Below are positions 22,076-32,259 of a stretch of DNA of 64,000 nucleotides, piece after piece (position 1 is the stretch's first letter; every line of letters starts with the position of its first letter). A model generated the notes under the pieces. The model ran no database searches. It was given only the letters and a program-made list of their open reading frames with translations, and was not told the origin of the DNA. This stretch comes from an uncultured Gemmatimonadales bacterium (GTDB lineage: Bacteria > Gemmatimonadota > Gemmatimonadetes > Gemmatimonadales > GWC2-71-9), in the NCBI GenBank assembly GCA_963739455.1, contig CAVUAK010000003.1, positions 256,001 through 320,000 on the forward strand, written 5' to 3'. The translations under genes and the position numbers were made by a program.

Positions 22076-22591
22076 ATGCGGTCATTACTTGGCTGCATGC
22101 GCAGGATCCTCGCTGGACCCGCAGTCATGCTATTCCTCGCGGCGTGCGCGAAGCCGGAAGCACCGCCTCCCACCGAGCCCGACCTCGCATCGGCGGCGGT
22201 CTTCGTCGATTCCTTCATCGCATCACTGGCTCATCCGGACGCGCCAAGCCTCATGCGGCTGGACACCGCCGATTTCGTGTGGGCCCGGAGCGGCGCGCTG
22301 CTCAGCGCCGATTCGCTGGGTGCGCTGCTGGCTGCGCAGCGGACCGCGAAGAAGGAAATCGTGCTGGGCACGAGTGATGTGCAGCTGACGCCGCTGGGCC
22401 CGCGGGCAGCCGTGTGGTCGGGCATCGTGTCGGGCGTGGTACAGGATTCCCTGGGGAAGCAGCAGCAGGTACGGGGCGCGCTGACGCTGGTGCTGCGCCA
22501 GGACGGCACCAACTGGGTCATAGCCGCAGGGCATGAATCGGTGCGGCCGTTCGATGATGCGCACGAAGCGGCCGCCGCGGGGTCGCACTGA
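22076..22591 (+). CDS. NTF2/SnoaL-like lipoprotein
   Basis: Lipobox LAAC; C-terminal TLVLRQDGTNWVIAAGHES. Confidence 0.7.
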   Translation: MRSLLGCMRRILAGPAVMLFLAACAKPEAPPPTEPDLASAAVFVDSFIASLAHPDAPSLMRLDTADFVWARSGALLSADSLGALLAAQRTAKKEIVLGTSDVQLTPLGPRAAVWSGIVSGVVQDSLGKQQQVRGALTLVLRQDGTNWVIAAGHESVRPFDDAHEAAAAGSH

Positions 22592-22593
22592 CT

Positions 22594-22998
22594 GTGCGCG
22601 CGGCGTGGTGCAGTGCCATCGCGATGACGGCCGCGTCGGCGCTCGCCGCGCAGGCGATCGCAACGCCGCCGCGTCCCCCGCGCCCGGCGCCACGTCCCCC
22701 ATGTTGCTCCACGTACTACGTCGACGGGCTCGTCACCTCGGGCTACACCACTGGCGTGGTGCAGGTGAGCGGCGCGCTCGCGCCGACCGCTCCGCCGGAA
22801 CCCAGGGCGGAGTCACCGGGCGCACTGCCAGGCGGTGGGATGGCATGGGTCGCCGGCTACTGGGTGTGGAATGGTTCGGCGTTCGTGTGGGATGCCGGTC
22901 GCTGGATGCCAATTCCCGTCGGCTCCACGAGCTGGGTACCGGGTCGATGGGAGAGCCGCACTGACGGCTTCGCGTGGGTGGCGGGCCGATGGACGTAG
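22594..22998 (+). CDS. YXWGXW/WXXGXW repeat protein
   Basis: WVAGYW, WDAGRW, WVPGRW, WVAGRW; signal peptide. Confidence 0.8.
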   Translation: MRAAWCSAIAMTAASALAAQAIATPPRPPRPAPRPPCCSTYYVDGLVTSGYTTGVVQVSGALAPTAPPEPRAESPGALPGGGMAWVAGYWVWNGSAFVWDAGRWMPIPVGSTSWVPGRWESRTDGFAWVAGRWT

Positions 22999-23022
22999 GA
23001 CAACCAATCATGGAGGTCTGAG

Positions 23023-23574
23023 ATGCCGACAGCTTCAGTAGCCCGGGCGCTCGCTGGGAACTGGTCCTCGCTCGCGTTGCGCGGGGTGTGCGCGCTGCTG
23101 TTCGGCATCGCGTCGTTCATGTGGCCGGGGCTGACCGTTGCGACGCTGGTGCTGATCTGGGGAGCGTATGCCCTGATCGACGGCGTCCTCGCGCTGCTGT
23201 CGGGCTTCCGCTCGAAGATCTGGTCGCTGGCATTCATCGGGGTCGTTGGCATCCTCGCCGGCGTGGGCACGTTCCTCTATCCCCAGATCACCGCACTGGT
23301 GCTGCTGTACTTCATCGCGTTCTGGGCCATCGTGACGGGCATGACCGCCGTCTACCTGGCGATTCGCCTGCGCAAGGAACTCACGGGTGAGTGGGTGCTG
23401 GCGCTGGCGGGGCTGCTCTCGGCGGCGTTTGGTGTCATGCTCATCACCCGGCCCGGTCAGGGCGCCCTGACGGTCGTGTTCCTGATCGCGTGCTACGCCG
23501 TGACGTATGGCGTGCTGTTGATCTGGCTGGCCTTCAAGCTGCGCGCCCTTCCGAACAAGCTCGCGACTGCGTAA
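23023..23574 (+). CDS. HdeD (DUF308) family membrane protein
   Basis: LRGVCALLFG..WPG.T, GAYALIDG, WAIVTG; about 6 TM segments; RBS GGAGG. Confidence 0.88.
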   Translation: MPTASVARALAGNWSSLALRGVCALLFGIASFMWPGLTVATLVLIWGAYALIDGVLALLSGFRSKIWSLAFIGVVGILAGVGTFLYPQITALVLLYFIAFWAIVTGMTAVYLAIRLRKELTGEWVLALAGLLSAAFGVMLITRPGQGALTVVFLIACYAVTYGVLLIWLAFKLRALPNKLATA

Positions 23575-24207
23575 TGCTGCTGGAGCACGTCAGTATCGCA
23601 TCGCGGGTGCTCGCGGGGCTGGAGCACCACGGCTACCCGCTGCTGGCGGGCAGCCTGCTGATCAACAACATCGGCGTTCCGGTGCCGGCGGAGTCGGTGC
23701 TGCTCACCGCGGCGGGGCTGGCGAAGGAAGGGCACTTCCGGTTGCCGCTGGTGTACCTCACCGGGGTGCTGGCGGCGGTGGGTGGGGACAACGCGGGGTT
23801 CATGCTTGGACGGCAGCTCGGCCGCGAGGTGCTGTCGCACCGATTCAGCCTGCTGCTCACGCCCAAGCGGATTGCCTGGCTCGACCGATTGCTCGATCGC
23901 TGGGGCGCCGGTGCCATCTTCATCGTCCGGTTCGTTCCCGGCGTCTCGACGGTCTCGGCGGTGCTGGCGGGGTCCTCCAACCTGCCCTGGCGCGACTACC
24001 TGCTGGGCAACGTCACCGGTGGGCTGGCGTGGGTCGCCTGGATCTGTACCCTGGGCTACTACGGCAGCGAGTGGGGTGAGCGGCTGAAGCCGATCTGGTC
24101 GGGCGTGCATCGCGCCACGTGGATGCGCGCTGGTCGCGGCAATCGTCATCGCGATCGCCGGCAAGATGTACATGCGCCGCCGGTCGGCGGCGTCCAGCCA
24201 GGAGTGA
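23574..24207 (+). CDS. DedA family membrane protein (late apparent frameshift)
   Basis: GVPVPAE, GDNAGFMLGR, RFVPG. Confidence 0.88.
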
Positions 24208-24235
24208 GCGCCGGGCGACTATCTTCTCGGCCTCG

Positions 24236-25096
24236 ATGACTTCACAGAACCAGGCGCGCCTCCAGCTGGTGTTCGCCGCACTGCTCTTCTCCACGGGCGG
24301 TGCGGCGATCAAGGCGTCCACGCTCTCGGGCTGGCAGGTCGCCAGCTTCCGCTCGGGTGTGGCCGCGTTGACGCTGCTGCTGCTCGTCCCGGCGACGCGG
24401 CGCGGCTGGGGATGGAAACCGGCGCTGGTGGGCACCACCTATGCGGCGACACTGATCCTTTTCGTCATCGCGAACAAGCTCACCACGTCGGCGAACGCCA
24501 TCTTCCTGCAGGCCACGTCGCCGCTGTACCTGCTGCTGCTTGGTCCGCTGTTCCTGAAGGAGCCGGTGCGCCGTCGCGACCTGCTGGTGGTGGCGGCAGT
24601 GCTGGCGGGGCTGGTGCTCTTCTTCGTCGGGAATGAGGCTCCGGTCGTGACGGCGCCCAACCCGGCGAAGGGAAATATCCTGGCGCTGATGAGCGGGGTC
24701 TCGTTCGCGGTGACGATCGCCGGGCTCCGGTGGCTGTCGCGCGAGTCGGCGGACGCGGGGCTGGCGACGGTGGCGCTCGGGAACCTGATCGCGTTCGTGT
24801 GGGGGCTGCCGTTCGCGCTGCCGGTGGTGTCGGCGACGGGGCTCGACTGGGTGGTGATCCTGTACCTCGGGGCGATCCAGATCGGGCTGGCATACGCGTG
24901 CCTGACACGCGGGCTGCGCAGCGTGCCGGCGCTGCAGGCGTCGCTGCTGCTCATGGTGGAACCGGTGCTGAACCCGGTGTGGGCATGGCTGGTGCACGGC
25001 GAGCGGCCGAGTCACTGGGCGCTGCTGGGAGGCGCACTGATCATCGGGGCGACAGCGACACAGGCGGTGGTGCAGGCGAGGGAGGAACCGGCGTGA
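24236..25096 (+). CDS. EamA/DMT family transporter
   Basis: About 10 TM segments; ANAIFLQ, EPVLNPVW...GERP. Confidence 0.88.
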   Translation: MTSQNQARLQLVFAALLFSTGGAAIKASTLSGWQVASFRSGVAALTLLLLVPATRRGWGWKPALVGTTYAATLILFVIANKLTTSANAIFLQATSPLYLLLLGPLFLKEPVRRRDLLVVAAVLAGLVLFFVGNEAPVVTAPNPAKGNILALMSGVSFAVTIAGLRWLSRESADAGLATVALGNLIAFVWGLPFALPVVSATGLDWVVILYLGAIQIGLAYACLTRGLRSVPALQASLLLMVEPVLNPVWAWLVHGERPSHWALLGGALIIGATATQAVVQAREEPA

Positions 25097-25738
25097 GCTT
25101 CATCCCGACGTTGATCGAGACGATCCGCATCAGGAATGGCGTGGCACCGCTCTGGTATCTGCACCTGCGCCGATTGAGCGAGAGCTGTCGCACGCTGGGA
25201 GTGCCGTTTCCGCTGAAGATGGACGTGCCGTCGGGCGGGCCTGACCGGGTCGTGAAGCTCGAGGTGGGTCCCCAGGGGATGACGGTGACGGAACGGCCGC
25301 TGGAGTTGTCGGCCAGTGTCCGGCTGGCCACGGTGCCGCACGGTGCACCCGCCGTATCCGCACAAGACGACGGCGCGGGAGGCGTTCCTCAAGGCCCGGC
25401 AGCGAGGCGGCCGATGCGGGGGCGGATGATGCGCTGCTGCTGACGGCGAGCGGGATGGTGGCCGAGTGCGGGATCTGGAGCCTGTTCTGGTGGGAGGGCG
25501 AGCCGGGTGGCAGGTCCCCCGCTGGGACTGGGGGTGCTGCGGGGCATCGCCAGGATGCGGATCGAGGAACTCAAGGGTAAGGTTGTGGAGCAAACGCTGT
25601 CCCGGGCGCAGCTTGAGGGCCGGGCGCTGTTCGTGGCAAATGCGGTTCGGGGGGTGGTCCCGGTGGTGGACCTGGATGGCTCAAAGGTGCCGGAGTCGCG
25701 GTATCTCAAGGACTTGGCTGCGCGCGTTCTGGCCTTGA
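25093..25738 (+). CDS. Aminotransferase class IV / ADC-lyase-like (several apparent frameshifts)
   Basis: LIETIR, HLRRL, HKT, DDALL, GVLRGIAR, NAVRGVVPV. Confidence 0.75.
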
Positions 25739-25762
25739 CCAAGCCAAAGCTGCGCTTACTTT
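25735..25762 (+). promoter_or_regulatory. Sigma70-like promoter of the tRNA cluster
   Basis: TTGACC-N16-TACTTT. Confidence 0.55.
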
Positions 25763-25797
25763 TGGCTGCTCGACAGGGGACCGGCAGCCCCCTGCAT

Positions 25798-25872
25798 GGT
25801 GGCTGTAGCTCAATTGGTTAGAGCGCCGCACTGTGGCTGCGGAGGTTGCGGGTTCAATTCCCGTCAGTCACC
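25798..25872 (+). tRNA. tRNA-His(GTG), G-1 encoded
   Basis: Cloverleaf; anticodon arm CCGCA-CTGTGGC-TGCGG; GGTTCAATTCC. Confidence 0.95.
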
Positions 25873-25914
25873 CTCTGAGTAGGGCTCGGCGCGATGAGCG
25901 CCGCCGGAATTCAG

Positions 25915-25987
25915 AGGTCCGTAGCTCAATTGGTAGAGCACCGGTCTCCAAAACCGGGGGTTGCAGGTTCGATTCCTGCCGGGCCTG
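25915..25987 (+). tRNA. tRNA-Trp(CCA)
   Basis: Anticodon arm CCGGT-CTCCAAA-ACCGG. Confidence 0.95.
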
Positions 25988-25995
25988 TGGTGGAT

Positions 25996-26080
25996 GAGTC
26001 GGCAGTGGGCAGCAAGCAGTCGTCAGTGAGTTAGTAGCTGCTCAGTACGGACGACTGATGACTCACGACTGACGACTCAG
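25996..26080. repeat. Heptamer-repeat hairpin in tRNA spacer
   Basis: AGTCGTCAGTGAGT...ACTCACGACTGACGACT. Confidence 0.6.
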
Positions 26081-26087
26081 TTTTGCT

Positions 26088-26160
<73 letters not shown>

Positions 26161-26192
26161 CTGCTGGAAAAATTGTTGGCGCGGGAAATCTG

Positions 26193-26264
26193 GGCCCCAT
26201 CGTCTATCGGTTAGGACGCGACCCTTTCAAGGTTGAAAGACGGGTTCGATTCCCGTTGGGGCTA
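26193..26264 (+). tRNA. tRNA-Glu(TTC)
   Basis: Anticodon arm CGACC-CTTTCAA-GGTTG. Confidence 0.95.
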
Positions 26265-26275
26265 TGGGAGTTCGC

Positions 26276-26348
26276 GCGGCGCTAGCTCAATTGGCAGAGC
26301 AAGTGACTCTTAATCACTAGGTTGTAGGTTCGATTCCTACGCGCCGCA
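26276..26348 (+). tRNA. tRNA-Lys(CTT)
   Basis: Anticodon arm AGTGA-CTCTTAA-TCACT. Confidence 0.95.
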
Positions 26349-26368
26349 TACATGAGTACTGAAGATTC

Positions 26369-26396
26369 AGGCTCCCTGACGGGGGCCTTTTTCTTT
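26369..26396 (+). terminator. Rho-independent terminator of the tRNA cluster
   Basis: AGGCTCCC-TGAC-GGGGGCCT followed by a T tract. Confidence 0.8.
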
Positions 26397-26423
26397 GGGG
26401 ACGTCGAAGCGAAGTTCAACTTC

Positions 26424-27133
26424 ATGACGTGATCGACGCTATAGCGACGACGAGGTGGCGGCCATCTTCCAGAAGGCCGCCGAGAATCCGGCGACGCAGC
26501 CATCGGGAGTTTCGCGAAGCGAGGGACTTACGCTCGCGGATCTCCAGGAGATTGGGCGCGAGGTCGGCATTCCCGCCGAGGCCGTGGTGCTCGCCGCGCG
26601 ATCCCTCGATGTCGAGACGAATACACCGCCAGCGACGATGCTCGGGCTGCCGATGTCGGTCGAGCGTACCGTGGAGTTGAATCGGTGGCTGAGTGACGCG
26701 GAGTGGGAACGCCTGGTGGTGCAGCTGCGCGAAGTGTTCCGGGCCAAGGGCAGGATGAGCGCGTCGGGAACGTTTCGCCAATGGACGAACGGAAACCTGC
26801 AGGCACTGCTCGAGCCGACGGCGACGGGTCATCGGCTTCGCCTGCGCACGCTCAAGGGCTCGGCACGCGGCAGCATCGGCCTCGGTCTTCTCCTCATTGG
26901 TTCTTCTGTGGTGGTGGCGATCGCCGGCGCCGTGGCGGGACATCTCGGAAGCTCGATGCCGGGCGTCGCGCTTCTCTCGCTCATGGGCGTAGGCGCCGCG
27001 GCCTATGGTGCGCTGCCTCTCCCTCGCTGGGCGCGGTTGCGCGGCCAGCAGATGGATGCCATCGCCGCCGGTCTCCTCGCCCTGCCTACAGGTCCCCGGC
27101 CACCACCAGTCCCTGCCCCTCCCGAGCGACTGA
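26424..27133 (+). CDS. Hypothetical membrane protein (both ends affected by apparent frameshifts)
   Basis: RRYSDDEVAAIFQKAAE..GLTLADLQEIGREVGIP; 2 C-terminal TM helices. Confidence 0.7.
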
Positions 27134-27150
27134 GCCCAGCGCGCGCTGCG

Positions 27151-27576
27151 TCAGGCTGGAAGCAAGCGGAATCCTTCGCGCCGAGCGGCATCGGCGAGAC
27201 GCGAATCAATGGTGACGAATTCGAGAGTGGCGGGACGATGCCCACTGGCCACGAGTGCGGCAGCGAGCTGGTGCGCGTCGGCGGAGCGCAGCGCGTGGAC
27301 GCGCAGGAGCCGCTCGGCCTGGTCGCGCACCTGCGGACTGGGCGCGATCTCGACCCATTGATCGGCGAGAACGTCGAGCCGAGCGCGCGCCTGAGCCATG
27401 CTGGGCCCGGTGATGCGGCGCTCGCGTTCGAGCCGGGCAAGGGCCGCGGCGCATTCGAGGCGGCTGCCCCACCAGGCGGCGACGGAGTGATCGGCCCGCA
27501 GGAGCGCCCCCAGCGCGCGCGTCTCCGGCTCCGGCACGATGAGCGGGATGAGTGCAGAGGAGTCCCAGAACTTCAT
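27151..27576 (-). CDS. vapC: PIN-domain (VapC) toxin
   Basis: MKFWDSSALIPL...LRSADAHQLAAAL...FVTIDSRLADAARREGF. Confidence 0.9.
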   Translation of the reverse strand: MKFWDSSALIPLIVPEPETRALGALLRADHSVAAWWGSRLECAAALARLERERRITGPSMAQARARLDVLADQWVEIAPSPQVRDQAERLLRVHALRSADAHQLAAALVASGHRPATLEFVTIDSRLADAARREGFRLLPA

Positions 27577-27867
27577 CGGCCGCCCTCCCGTTCCTCGAGG
27601 AGGTAGTCCACGGCGCTCGGCCCGGCCACGACGGAGGGCATCGGGAAGCTCGAGGACGGAGGCGTCTGCAGGCTTCCGGGGCAGGGAAACCAGGCCATCA
27701 TCGACCAAGGCGAGGAGCCGGGCGTCCGACTGGTCGATTTCGCCTACCGGCTCAAGCCGGGCAACTGGGCGCCCTCGATCGGTAATAACAATGGTCTCAC
27801 CCTGCTGAACCTCGCGGATAAGGGCAGATAAACTATTCTTGGCTATGGAGATAGGTTCGTAGCGCAT
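27573..27867 (-). CDS. Phd/YefM family antitoxin (apparent frameshift fuses it to the toxin in the ORF track)
   Basis: ISIAKNSLSALIREVQQGETIVITDRGRPVARL; alternative frame ends SAVDYLLEEREGGR* with ATGA overlap onto the toxin start. Confidence 0.88.
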
Positions 27868-27945
27868 AAATAGCTATAATAGGCTAGAGAAAATGACTTA
27901 TAAGGCTAGAGTTAAGAGCTAGAAAATATAGGCTAATATAGCTTG
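27868..27945 (-). promoter_or_regulatory. AT-rich TA promoter with array of GCTA/TAGC boxes
   Basis: TAGCTA, AGGCTAGA x2, AGCTAGA, AGGCTAA, TAGCT within about 75 nt. Confidence 0.55.
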
Positions 27946-28073
27946 TTTGCAATTCTGGTGCGATAGCCGACCTGCACAGCGCCCACCCTTGTCGGCGGGG
28001 CCGGACGGCGCAGTATTGAGTCGGTCAACGGGGCTGTCTTCCCACCTTTCCTTCCTCTTCACCTCCCGGGCGC

Positions 28074-30447
28074 ATGGAAGACTTCGAGAAGCTGGGTGCG
28101 TTCTACCTGGGCCGAGTCCAGGACCTTGCCGCGGGCAAGCGTACGGACGAGCTGGTCCTGTATGACTCCAAGGACCTGACCACGCATGCGGTGATCATCG
28201 GCATGACGGGGAGCGGCAAGACCGGGCTCGGCATCGGCCTCATCGAAGAGGCGGCTATCGACCGGATCCCGGTGATCGCGATCGATCCCAAGGGCGATCT
28301 CGGCAACCTGCTGCTCACCTTTCCCGAGCTGCGGCCCGCCGACTTCGAGCCGTGGGTCAGCATGCAGGAGGCCGAGGCGAAGGGGCTCACGCGAGAGAAG
28401 TTCGCGGAGGAGCAGGCATCGACGTGGGAGAAGGGGCTGGCGGACTGGGGCGAAGTCGGCCGACCGGATCAAGCGGCTCAGCGACGCAGCCGACTTCGCC
28501 ATCTACACGCCGGGCAGCACCGCCGGAACGCCAATCTCGGTGCTGCGCGGATTCACTGCGCCGCCGGAGGCGATCCGCAACGACGCCGATCTCTTCCGCG
28601 AGCGGCTGCAGACCACGGCGAGCAGCGTGCTGGCGCTGCTCGGCATCGATGCCGACCCGATCACGAGTCGCGAACACATCCTGGTGTCGAACATCCTCCA
28701 GCGCGCATGGACCGCCGGGAAGGACCTCGACCTGCCGGGACTGATCGGGCAGATCCAGAACCCGCCGTTCGAGAAGATCGGCGTGATGGAGGTGGACCAG
28801 GTCTTTCCCGCCAAGGATCGCACGGCGCTGGCGATGCAGGTCAACAACCTGCTCGCTGCGCCGGGCTTCGAGGCGTGGATGTCCGGGGTCCCGCTCGACG
28901 CCGCAGCACTGCTCTACACGCCGTCGGGGAAGCCGCGAGTGTCGGTGCTGTCGATCGCGCACCTGGGCGATGCGGAGCGGATGTTCTTCGTCTCCATGCT
29001 GCTCAACGAGTTGATCGGCTGGATGCGGCAGCAGCCGGGCACCGGATCGCTCCGCGCAATCCTCTACATGGACGAGATCTTCGGGTATCTCCCGCCCGTC
29101 GCCAGCCCGCCCACGAAGGCGCTGTTCCTGACGCTGCTCAAGCAGGCGCGCGCCTATGGCCTCGGGGTCGTGCTCGCCACCCAGAACCCGGTGGACCTCG
29201 ACTACAAGGCGCTGTCGAACGCCGGCACCTGGTGTATCGGGCGGTTGCAGACGGAGCGGGACAAGGCGCGCGTCATGGAGGGGCTCGAGGGTGCATCGGC
29301 GGGAGGGAACTTCGATCGCGGCGCGATGGAGCAGCTCATCGCCGGGCTGGGCAAGCGGGTGTTCCTCCTGCACAGCGTGCACGAGTCAAAGCCGACGATC
29401 TTCCAGACTCGCTGGACGATGTCATACCTTGCCGGCCCGCTGACGCGGGACCAGATCAAGAAGCTGACGCCGGCCGCCGAGGTGACAGGAGGCGCGGTGC
29501 CCGCGACGGCGGGGAAGTCACGCGCGGCACCTCCGGTAACCGATGGCGGTGCATCGGGCCCGCCCTCGGTGCCGGCGGGCATTCCGCAGTTTCACCTTCC
29601 CGCGGAGGGTGATGCGGCCTACAAGCCGAGACTGTTGGGTGTCGCGGATGTCACCATTGCGAGTGCCAAGTACGGGATCAACCGCACGGATCGCGTGTTG
29701 CACACCGTCGGGTTCGGTGATGGTCCGGTGCCGGTGGACTGGAGCACAGCCGATGTGCTTGAGGCGGACCTGGCATCGATCGGGAAGGGTGCGCCGGAGC
29801 AGGGGAGCTTTGCGCCGGTGCCCTCTGCCGCGCTCAAGGAGAAGAGCTACGCGGCATGGACCAAGTCGTACACGCAGTGGCTCAAGGCGAACGAAGTGAT
29901 CACGCTCTATCGGAGCGCGGCGTTGAAGATGACGTCAGAAGCGGGAGAGTCGGAGAAGGATTTCCGCATCCGTCTCCAGAACAACTCGCGGGAGCAGCGT
30001 GATGCCAAGGTCGAGGCGATCCGGCAGAAGTTTGCGGCAAAGCGGGCATCGCTGACGGACAGGCTGCAGCGCGCAGAGCAGCGAGTCCAGAAGGAGCAGT
30101 CGGAGCGGGGCGCCCAGATGGTAGGCACGATCGCGTCCATCGGCACGGCGGCTCTCGGGGCGTTCTTCGGGAAGAAGACGTTCAGTGCGGCGTCCGCGTC
30201 GCGCATGGGCACGGCGGTGCGCGGGGTGGGACGGATGCAGAAGGAATCAGGCGACGTGGCGCGGGCGAACGAGAGCGTCGAGACGGTGCGGCAGGCTCTT
30301 GCGGACCTGGATCAGGAAATCCAGGGCCAGGCCGGGGCGTTGCAGGGTGGCTTCGACGCGCAGGCGGAGGCGCTGGAAACGATCACCATCAAGCCGAAGG
30401 CGTCGGACGTGCAGGTGCACGAGGTGGGGCTGGTGTGGATGGCATGA
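28074..30447 (+). CDS. HerA/FtsK-superfamily (DUF87-like) ATPase with C-terminal coiled coil (one apparent frameshift near 28460)
   Basis: Walker [15 protein letters not shown], Walker [18 protein letters not shown]. Confidence 0.85.
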
Positions 30448-32059
30448 CCAGCGTCTGCGTCGGGAAGGCGAAGCTGCTCCCGTTGCGCTCGACGATGTCC
30501 AGTACCTGCAGCAGGAATTCCTGGTTGAGGTCACGGAACTCCATCGTGTCCTTGGCCAGGAACCACGCGATCATGCGGATGTTGAGCGCGTAGGCGCCGA
30601 GATTGTCGAGCCGCACGATGATCGTGTCCTGCCACACCTTCGGGTTCCCCTTCAGCGCTGCCTCGATCTCCTCGATGATCTGCCGCATCTGTGTCGCGGT
30701 GGTCCCGTAGACCAGCCCGATGACGGTGTTGAGGCGGAAGCGATCGCGCGCCGAGAACGACTCCAGCCGCATGTCAGCCAGGCGACCATTCGGGTAGCTG
30801 ATGATGGTGCGGTCGAAGGTGCGGATCCGGGTGGACCGGATGCCGACCTGCTCCACGGTGCCCTCCACATCCTCCACCTTGATCCAGTCTCCCACCTCGA
30901 ACGGCTTGTCGGCAACGATCGCGATGGAGCCGATGACGTTTTCCAGCGTCTTCTGTGCGCCGAGCGCGATCGCGATACCGCCAATGCCAAGGCCGGCGAG
31001 CAGCGTCCCGACCGGGATGTTGAACTGGGACAGCACCGCCGCGAACCCGAGAAAGCCGACAAGCACCTTGGCGAGACGGCCACCCAGCGGCGCGAGCGAC
31101 AGCACGTCGGCGCGCTGCGTGGCCCACGCGGAGGCGATGACGCGGGCCTCGATGACGCCGAGTGCGCGGATGAGGGCCCAGAAGAGCGAGGCGGTGACGG
31201 TTGCCTTGACCAGGCTGCCGATGAAGCTCTCGACGACCGCGTTGAGCTCGAGCCACGAGGTGATGGGCGTGACAAAGAGCGCAACGCAGAACAGCAGCAG
31301 CGGCGCGCGGAGCTGGGGGAGGAGGTCATCGTCCCAGGTGCCCGGTGTACGGCGAACAATCGCCTGCAGCGCCAGTGTCAGGATGCGCTGGACGGCAGTG
31401 CCCGCGAGGACGATGAGGGGAACCATGACGAGCAGTGCCAGCCACTGGTACCACTGCACCCGCAGGGGCCCGGTGCGCCGCAGCGGCTCGGGGAAGAGCT
31501 CGCGGATCCAGTTGTCCCCGAGGTCGGAATACCAGGTGTCGACCTGGCGCACGACGGACGGCGCGAATGCCCACCACGAGTTACCGTCACGCGTGACCTT
31601 GGTGAGGCGCACCGGTTCGTAGATGCCATTGGGACGAGGCACCACACCGACCTGGTCGAGCGCGCCCCTGAGACCGTCGGTGGTATCGCCCTCGGCGAGG
31701 GGGGAGAGCTGATCGAGGTCGATCCAGAGGTAGCGATCGAGCACCACCTTGAGGTGCTCGGCGAGCTCAGCGCCGCGCGCCGAGTCGGTCGGGCCGATGC
31801 TGAGGTAGTGCGCCGCGTCGTTCCACCGCCCGTCCCGAGCCAGCTGGAAAAACTTCTCCATCGACTGTCGAGGCGAACCGTTTTCCACCGCGGCAGGCGC
31901 AACTGTGCGCAGGGCGGAATCGGCATGCGGCACCGATTCGTGCTGGGTGCCGGTGCCGCCGAGGATCTTCGGCAGGCGGATCTGTGCCGCCGCAGGGGCG
32001 GCGAGCAGGGAGAGCAGGAGAACCTGTTGGAGCGCCGCGCGGGCCGGGGGGAGTGTCAC
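30389..32059 (-). CDS. MscS family mechanosensitive channel with N-terminal periplasmic domain
   Basis: LAGLGIGGIAIALGAQKTLEN, KPFEVGD, GTVEQVGIRSTRIRT, FAFPT. Confidence 0.92.
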   Translation of the reverse strand: MTLPPARAALQQVLLLSLLAAPAAAQIRLPKILGGTGTQHESVPHADSALRTVAPAAVENGSPRQSMEKFFQLARDGRWNDAAHYLSIGPTDSARGAELAEHLKVVLDRYLWIDLDQLSPLAEGDTTDGLRGALDQVGVVPRPNGIYEPVRLTKVTRDGNSWWAFAPSVVRQVDTWYSDLGDNWIRELFPEPLRRTGPLRVQWYQWLALLVMVPLIVLAGTAVQRILTLALQAIVRRTPGTWDDDLLPQLRAPLLLFCVALFVTPITSWLELNAVVESFIGSLVKATVTASLFWALIRALGVIEARVIASAWATQRADVLSLAPLGGRLAKVLVGFLGFAAVLSQFNIPVGTLLAGLGIGGIAIALGAQKTLENVIGSIAIVADKPFEVGDWIKVEDVEGTVEQVGIRSTRIRTFDRTIISYPNGRLADMRLESFSARDRFRLNTVIGLVYGTTATQMRQIIEEIEAALKGNPKVWQDTIIVRLDNLGAYALNIRMIAWFLAKDTMEFRDLNQEFLLQVLDIVERNGSSFAFPTQTLVMPSTPAPPRAPARPTPSA

Positions 32060-32259
32060 GCTGGGAAGATCGCCTCCCCGGCTTGCACCCCACCAGTGGG
32101 GGGCGGGCAGGGCGGGCAGGCGGCCGCCAGCCCGCCGCCTCAAGTGTATGTGTTACAGTTACTTGGATCAGGGCACCGAGAGCGGTATCTGCGGCATCGT
32201 GGTTGCACGTCTACACGGCCCTGAAGCGGGCCGTCGGCATCTTTAGCGGGCAGATCCCC

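Noticed and set aside
27151..27867. Natural antitoxin-toxin fusion (238-aa ORF)
   Set aside because: An alternative frame gives a normal antitoxin end with ATGA overlap onto the VapC start; one indel explains the fusion
26349..28070. Integrative element or prophage at tRNA-Lys (also checked at tRNA-Thr and tRNA-Pro)
   Set aside because: No integrase, no duplicated tRNA 3' end and no phage genes seen
30185..32224. Long antisense or alternative-frame ORFs (for example 679 aa here, 20288-21865, 9983-11704)
   Set aside because: Shadow ORFs of high-GC genes; Arg/Ala/Pro-rich with no motifs
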